From Cryomorphaceae bacterium (GTDB lineage Bacteria; Bacteroidota; Bacteroidia; Flavobacteriales; Schleiferiaceae): 64,000 bases of DNA. The position numbers and the translations under genes were made by a program. Location: NCBI GenBank assembly GCA_020832345.1, contig JAFIEY010000155.1:4581-68580 (forward strand). Direction: 5' to 3'. The stretch's first letter is position 1, and every line of letters starts with the position of its first letter. The notes below the pieces were generated by a model. That model did not search any database. It was not told the DNA's origin and saw only the letters and a list, made by a program, of their open reading frames with translations. Shown here in pieces: positions 60,595 to 64,000 of this stretch.

Positions 60595-60930
60595 ATGACT
60601 TGCCCTACGAAAAAGCTAATGAATATTGAACAAACCAATATTAAACTGAAAAAACTAGGCATTGCTGGCTATGTCCTTAAAACTGCATTATTCTTTTACG
60701 GCTATATTGTCTTTAAATTCTATTTCTGGGAATGGGGCTGGGCATCTAAATTCGATTATACATTATTTTCAATAACCGACTTTGCCGCCCTCTTGATCGT
60801 CGTGATTATTGGAATATTATTACGTAGAATTGGCAATTTAATTGAAATCACATTAAAGGAGAATATTTCCCTTGGTGAATTGCAATACACTTTATTTGAA
60901 GAAGATAAAATATCCAAGCCCATTAATTAG
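60595..60930 (+). CDS. Hypothetical small membrane protein (2 TM)
   Basis: 111 aa with two hydrophobic segments (IAGYVLKTALFFYGYIVF and FAALLIVVIIGILL). AT-rich, and I recognise no motif. Confidence 0.4.
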   Translation: MTCPTKKLMNIEQTNIKLKKLGIAGYVLKTALFFYGYIVFKFYFWEWGWASKFDYTLFSITDFAALLIVVIIGILLRRIGNLIEITLKENISLGELQYTLFEEDKISKPIN

Positions 60931-60950
60931 AGCTTGTCCATAAAGTCAAA

Positions 60951-61073
60951 GTGGCTAGGTTAGAAGGTTCGAGGACAAGGCTTGCGAAACCTGAAATTCA
61001 GTGAGTTTACTAAAGTAAATGACCTTAATTTCAGGTGAGCATAACGCCGTCATCGGACTTTATAGCCAGCCAC
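60951..61073 (+). other. Long imperfect hairpin between two small ORFs
   Basis: Helices are GTGGCT/AGCCAC (the outer ends), GGTTCGAGGAC with GTCATCGGACT (partly wobble), a perfect 10-bp ACCTGAAATT (60989-60998) with AATTTCAGGT (61027-61036), and an apical TTTAC/GTAAA. The transition mismatches become G-U pairs only on the plus strand. Confidence 0.35.
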
Positions 61074-61122
61074 TAATTATATTTGGCTTGGACTCATTGC
61101 GATTTCCACAGCCTATATAGCC

Positions 61123-61461
61123 ATGTATTTTGAGGCGATTAAGTTAGGTGAAAAAGATGTATTTTTTATTTTATCACTCAATTTGTATTTCTTTCTTTTT
61201 TTTATTGTCGAAACTGAATTCCCCATTGAGGTTTATGAAAAAGGAATTCTTAGAACAAATAGAATTTTAAAAATGGTCGAATGGAATGATGTGCTTGACG
61301 TGGAATTGATCCGTAAAGGCGATCTGTTTATTTCTATTTTTTTATCCGAAAATGAGGAAATCCTAATAAACACTGGCCCATTTGCCCTTCAGGGATGTAA
61401 AAAGGAAAAAATATTGAACTTCTTACAAAATCAAATCCACCCCAAAAGTCAAAGTGCTTAA
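61123..61461 (+). CDS. Hypothetical protein (possibly 5'-truncated)
   Basis: 112 aa. The frame is open upstream to 61066 and encodes a TM-like WLGLIAISTAYIA with no ATG, so this may be a remnant or use a non-ATG start. Confidence 0.35.
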   Translation: MYFEAIKLGEKDVFFILSLNLYFFLFFIVETEFPIEVYEKGILRTNRILKMVEWNDVLDVELIRKGDLFISIFLSENEEILINTGPFALQGCKKEKILNFLQNQIHPKSQSA

Positions 61462-61465
61462 GCTA

Positions 61466-61598
61466 TGCGTCCACTCCAAAAAGGATGATTTCAATCAAAA
61501 TCAACTCAAAGGGAATTTTTGAACCGCAGCAAGTGAGGATTCAAAAGTCTATCGACAAGGAAGATTTTGGCAGAAAGGGGCTTTTTGGAGCAGACTGA
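61466..61598 (-). mobile_element. Family-1 element, full-length form A, inverted orientation
   Basis: TGCGTCCACTCCAAAAAGGATGATTTCAATC...GGCAGAAAGGGGCTTTTTGGAGCAGACTGA, with slightly decayed termini. Confidence 0.85.
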
Positions 61599-61712
61599 TA
61601 ATGGTTAATGTACTTTTTTAGCAATTGACATCTTGTGAATGAAGTCTTTTCTCATCAAGCACTTTCTCCATTCGGGTTTGTTTCCGTATAAATTTAAGAT
61701 GCTAATAATATC

Positions 61713-62519
61713 TCAATCCATAATACATCGTACAGAATATCCATTAGCCCGTGAATCGCCACCCGCAGAGGTAATATGATTATTGAAGTACAATACCCTA
61801 GCATTTCCATTCACCACGGTGTTTGACCAATATCCGCCATGTTCAACACTATTGTCAATATCACCATCCGTGCGCTTGCGTGAATAGGCTGTTGTCAACT
61901 TTAGTGGTGAGTCAAAAGCTCCCGAAGCATCATCGCTACTCCAAGTTTGAACTTCTTGTTCCCATTCGGTAATGGTAGGTAATCTGTACCCGGTGGGACA
62001 TGGATTATTCTCTCCATTTACACCTTGCCATAAACTATTATTTTGAGGAGTCAACCAGTCAAAAGGAGCAAGATTAGGTAAAATAAATTCTCCATGACCG
62101 GGTTGAGGACTGGTTGCTAAAATATTAGTGATTCCGGAATTTCTCACCTGATGCCCGTCATCTCCTCTCCCCCACTGGTACAAATCTCCGTAAGCTCCCG
62201 AGTCATTGGAAGCGTTGGCAACCCTACTTGCGCCTAGATTGCGATCAATCCAAATACGTCCCGTAGTGGGATTACATACTGTTCCCGGAGGAAGATTATC
62301 GCATGCGTTGGCAGGAACACAAATGGCTTGACAAGAAACAAGAGAGGAGAAATTGCCATTAGCATCCTCTTCACAATTTCCCTCCACACAACTGTAACGC
62401 TTAGGCGTATCACCACCACCCCCATTGGTATTGCTGTCATCGTCTTTGTTGCAATTGGTGTTTAATGCAAAAAGGGCCACTACGAGCCAAAGTCTAGAAA
62501 TTTTGTTTAGTTTTTTCAT
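61713..62519 (-). CDS. FISUMP-domain (Fibrobacter succinogenes major paralogous domain) lipoprotein
   Basis: 268 aa with the lipobox LNTNC. Carries WIDRNLGA, YGDLYQWGR, CPTGYRLPT, YWS and a C-terminal GYSVRCI. Confidence 0.8.
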   Translation of the reverse strand: MKKLNKISRLWLVVALFALNTNCNKDDDSNTNGGGGDTPKRYSCVEGNCEEDANGNFSSLVSCQAICVPANACDNLPPGTVCNPTTGRIWIDRNLGASRVANASNDSGAYGDLYQWGRGDDGHQVRNSGITNILATSPQPGHGEFILPNLAPFDWLTPQNNSLWQGVNGENNPCPTGYRLPTITEWEQEVQTWSSDDASGAFDSPLKLTTAYSRKRTDGDIDNSVEHGGYWSNTVVNGNARVLYFNNHITSAGGDSRANGYSVRCIMD

Positions 62520-62581
62520 GTTGATGGTTATTTGATTGGGTAAAAGTAGAAAATAAATAAATGAATTGAAAGACTAAACAT

Positions 62582-62719
62582 TGAATCAACTCCAAAAAGG
62601 ATGGTTTCAATCAAAATCGAGGGGATTTTTAAATCAGAGCTAACCATCCGTTAGTGAGGATTCAAAAGTCTATCGACAAGGAAGGTTTTGGCAGAAAGGG
62701 GCTTTTTGGAGCAGACCCA
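62582..62719 (-). mobile_element. Family-1 element, full-length form B, inverted orientation
   Basis: Its central core is identical to the copy at 26288-26426 (CTAACGGATGGTTAG). The termini are decayed (TGAATCAACTCC...GAGCAGACCCA). Confidence 0.85.
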
Positions 62720-62762
62720 GCTATTGTATTTGCCCAGACCCTAAAGCCTGGCAATAAACAGC

Positions 62763-64000
62763 TCACTTATAAACCACCCGAAAAACCTGGTATCTTGGAG
62801 ATTTGGAATCCAAAATTTCCAGCGGGGCTAATGGGTTATCGCTGTATCGATATTCTAATGTTCGGGTTGATCTGCCGCTGTCGAAAGCCTCAAACTTTTG
62901 CAGTCTGCCTTCCGCATTATACGAGAAGAAATACCGATATCGGTCGTTGTCGAAGTAACTTTCCAATGGCCGACCTTTTTCGTCGGTAAGAACTGTGATT
63001 AGGGAATTCCTATTTTGCTGAACCCCGATTATCCGTTTTTCATCATCTATCAAAATACAGTGATGCTGATTGCAATATCGATCCGGTTGCACCCATCTAT
63101 ACGTTGTAGAGTAACTGTTTTGATAAAAATCCCTTTCATCACCCACCATGTTGATTTTCTGTTCATACTTGTAATCATCGGTATAAACAAAATGATCCTG
63201 CTGCACCATAAGATCCACAAAGGTTTGATGCTGCCGAAAATCTACGTCCAAACGGATGTGTTCGGCGTAGTTCAATACGCCTTCGTGGTAGTGAAACAAC
63301 TTTAATTCACCTCTATCCGAAATCCTTTGCTCTACTATAATTTGTCCATCGTCATTGTAGGTGAATCTTTCATCGTTATAAATTTTCCCCGAAGCATCTT
63401 TGCGCTCCATCCGCTCAATGTTACCGGCGGAATTATAAAAATATCGCGTGGAACCCCGATGGGTTTTTACGGTGTCGGTCTGGTCGTAAATCAGTATTTC
63501 CACCGAGTAAATACGATTATCTAGATTCAACAAATCCAGTGCTTTATTATCCTTGGGTGGAATTTGAAAATATCGCAAATCAAAATTATCGTTATTGTTC
63601 AATTGCTGAATAACCTTTGGTGAGGGCGGATTTAATTGCCGGTTAAAAACCCTTTTAAATTCGGGAAATGCAGCGATGATTCCGTCGATTTCGTGTGCGT
63701 TGAGAAAAATCCGAAAGCCCATGCCGTTAAAACTTTTGGACGATGCAGACAGGGCGGGAAAAGCAACCATTAATCCGGAGAAAAACGGGAAAACGATCGC
63801 CTCGGAAAAATGAATGTGCCGGGAAAAATCAAAGGAATCTTTTAGTTCTACATTCCGGATTCTATCTACCTGGGTTAAATCCAGTTTGCGGGTTTGCAGC
63901 AAATAAAGCTTTTTGAATTTTGAAAGGGTGTGGCTTTCCAACACTTTTTGTTGGGCACGCGTTGGTTTATCCCCAATTTCCCGCACCGTTCCCCTTTGGT
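62763..64000 (-). CDS. Hypothetical protein with YD/RHS-like repeats (5' end probably beyond the window)
   Basis: The frame stays open to position 64000, and the track start at 63986 is a GTG. Repeats are YFYNSAGNIERME, FTYNDDGQIIVE and FFSYNAEGRLQKFE (compare the Y.YD..GRL consensus). Confidence 0.6.
   Translation of the reverse strand, partial: QRGTVREIGDKPTRAQQKVLESHTLSKFKKLYLLQTRKLDLTQVDRIRNVELKDSFDFSRHIHFSEAIVFPFFSGLMVAFPALSASSKSFNGMGFRIFLNAHEIDGIIAAFPEFKRVFNRQLNPPSPKVIQQLNNNDNFDLRYFQIPPKDNKALDLLNLDNRIYSVEILIYDQTDTVKTHRGSTRYFYNSAGNIERMERKDASGKIYNDERFTYNDDGQIIVEQRISDRGELKLFHYHEGVLNYAEHIRLDVDFRQHQTFVDLMVQQDHFVYTDDYKYEQKINMVGDERDFYQNSYSTTYRWVQPDRYCNQHHCILIDDEKRIIGVQQNRNSLITVLTDEKGRPLESYFDNDRYRYFFSYNAEGRLQKFEAFDSGRSTRTLEYRYSDNPLAPLEILDSKSPRYQVFRVVYK

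Noticed and set aside
62654-62989. 111-aa plus-strand ORF, and the similar ORF at 19775-19990
   Set aside because: The N-terminal parts are translations of family-1 elements (MRIQKSIDKEGFGRKGLFGADP... and ...ESALKSPFLPKSSF...), and the remainder is antisense to a longer gene or is intergenic.

Overview
Chromosomal window from a Bacteroidota genome that looks Flavobacteriia- or Cytophagia-like. The evidence is T9SS-type C-terminal sorting domains, a PorV/PorQ-like barrel, a DUF4296 lipoprotein, a FISUMP lipoprotein and Bacteroidota-style gene content. I support about 50 protein genes, mostly housekeeping: ruvC, greA, etfBA, hutU, a pyrC-like gene, mgtE, rsmA, groES/groEL, maeB, hflX, nadD, gmk, lipB and nrdBA. 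There is also one tRNA-Gly(GCC). I found no rRNA, CRISPR array, transposase or integrase. The interesting signal lies mostly between the genes. (1) A palindromic element with terminal inverted repeats (TIRs) occurs 15 times, always intergenic, about 1.5 kb in total. It is 133-145 bp in long form and about 57 bp in short form. Its termini are TG...CA, and five copies carry exact 4-6 bp flanking duplications, so it behaves like a non-autonomous transposon (MITE). Copies sit on or next to stop codons, and their translation inflates several ORFs in the supplied track. (2) A second, unrelated palindromic element of about 125 bp starts exactly 3 nt after the stop codons of groEL and nrdA. It has the same orientation relative to each gene, and its stems carry compensatory substitutions. 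(3) Downstream of nrdA there is a rod-shaped RNA-like structure of about 175 nt. Its 3' half (54 bp) is duplicated 1.4 kb away, and the two copies bracket an AT-rich fic (AMPylase) gene like att sites. (4) A tight operon encodes an oversized TonB-dependent receptor, a 1400-aa secreted protein with a T9SS C-terminal domain, and a PorV/PorQ-like barrel. (5) A cytoplasmic sensor kinase with 10 PAS domains and one GAF domain is followed by three receiver proteins that have no recognisable output domain. I made all calls by eye from the sequence and the ORF track. No database search or folding program was run.
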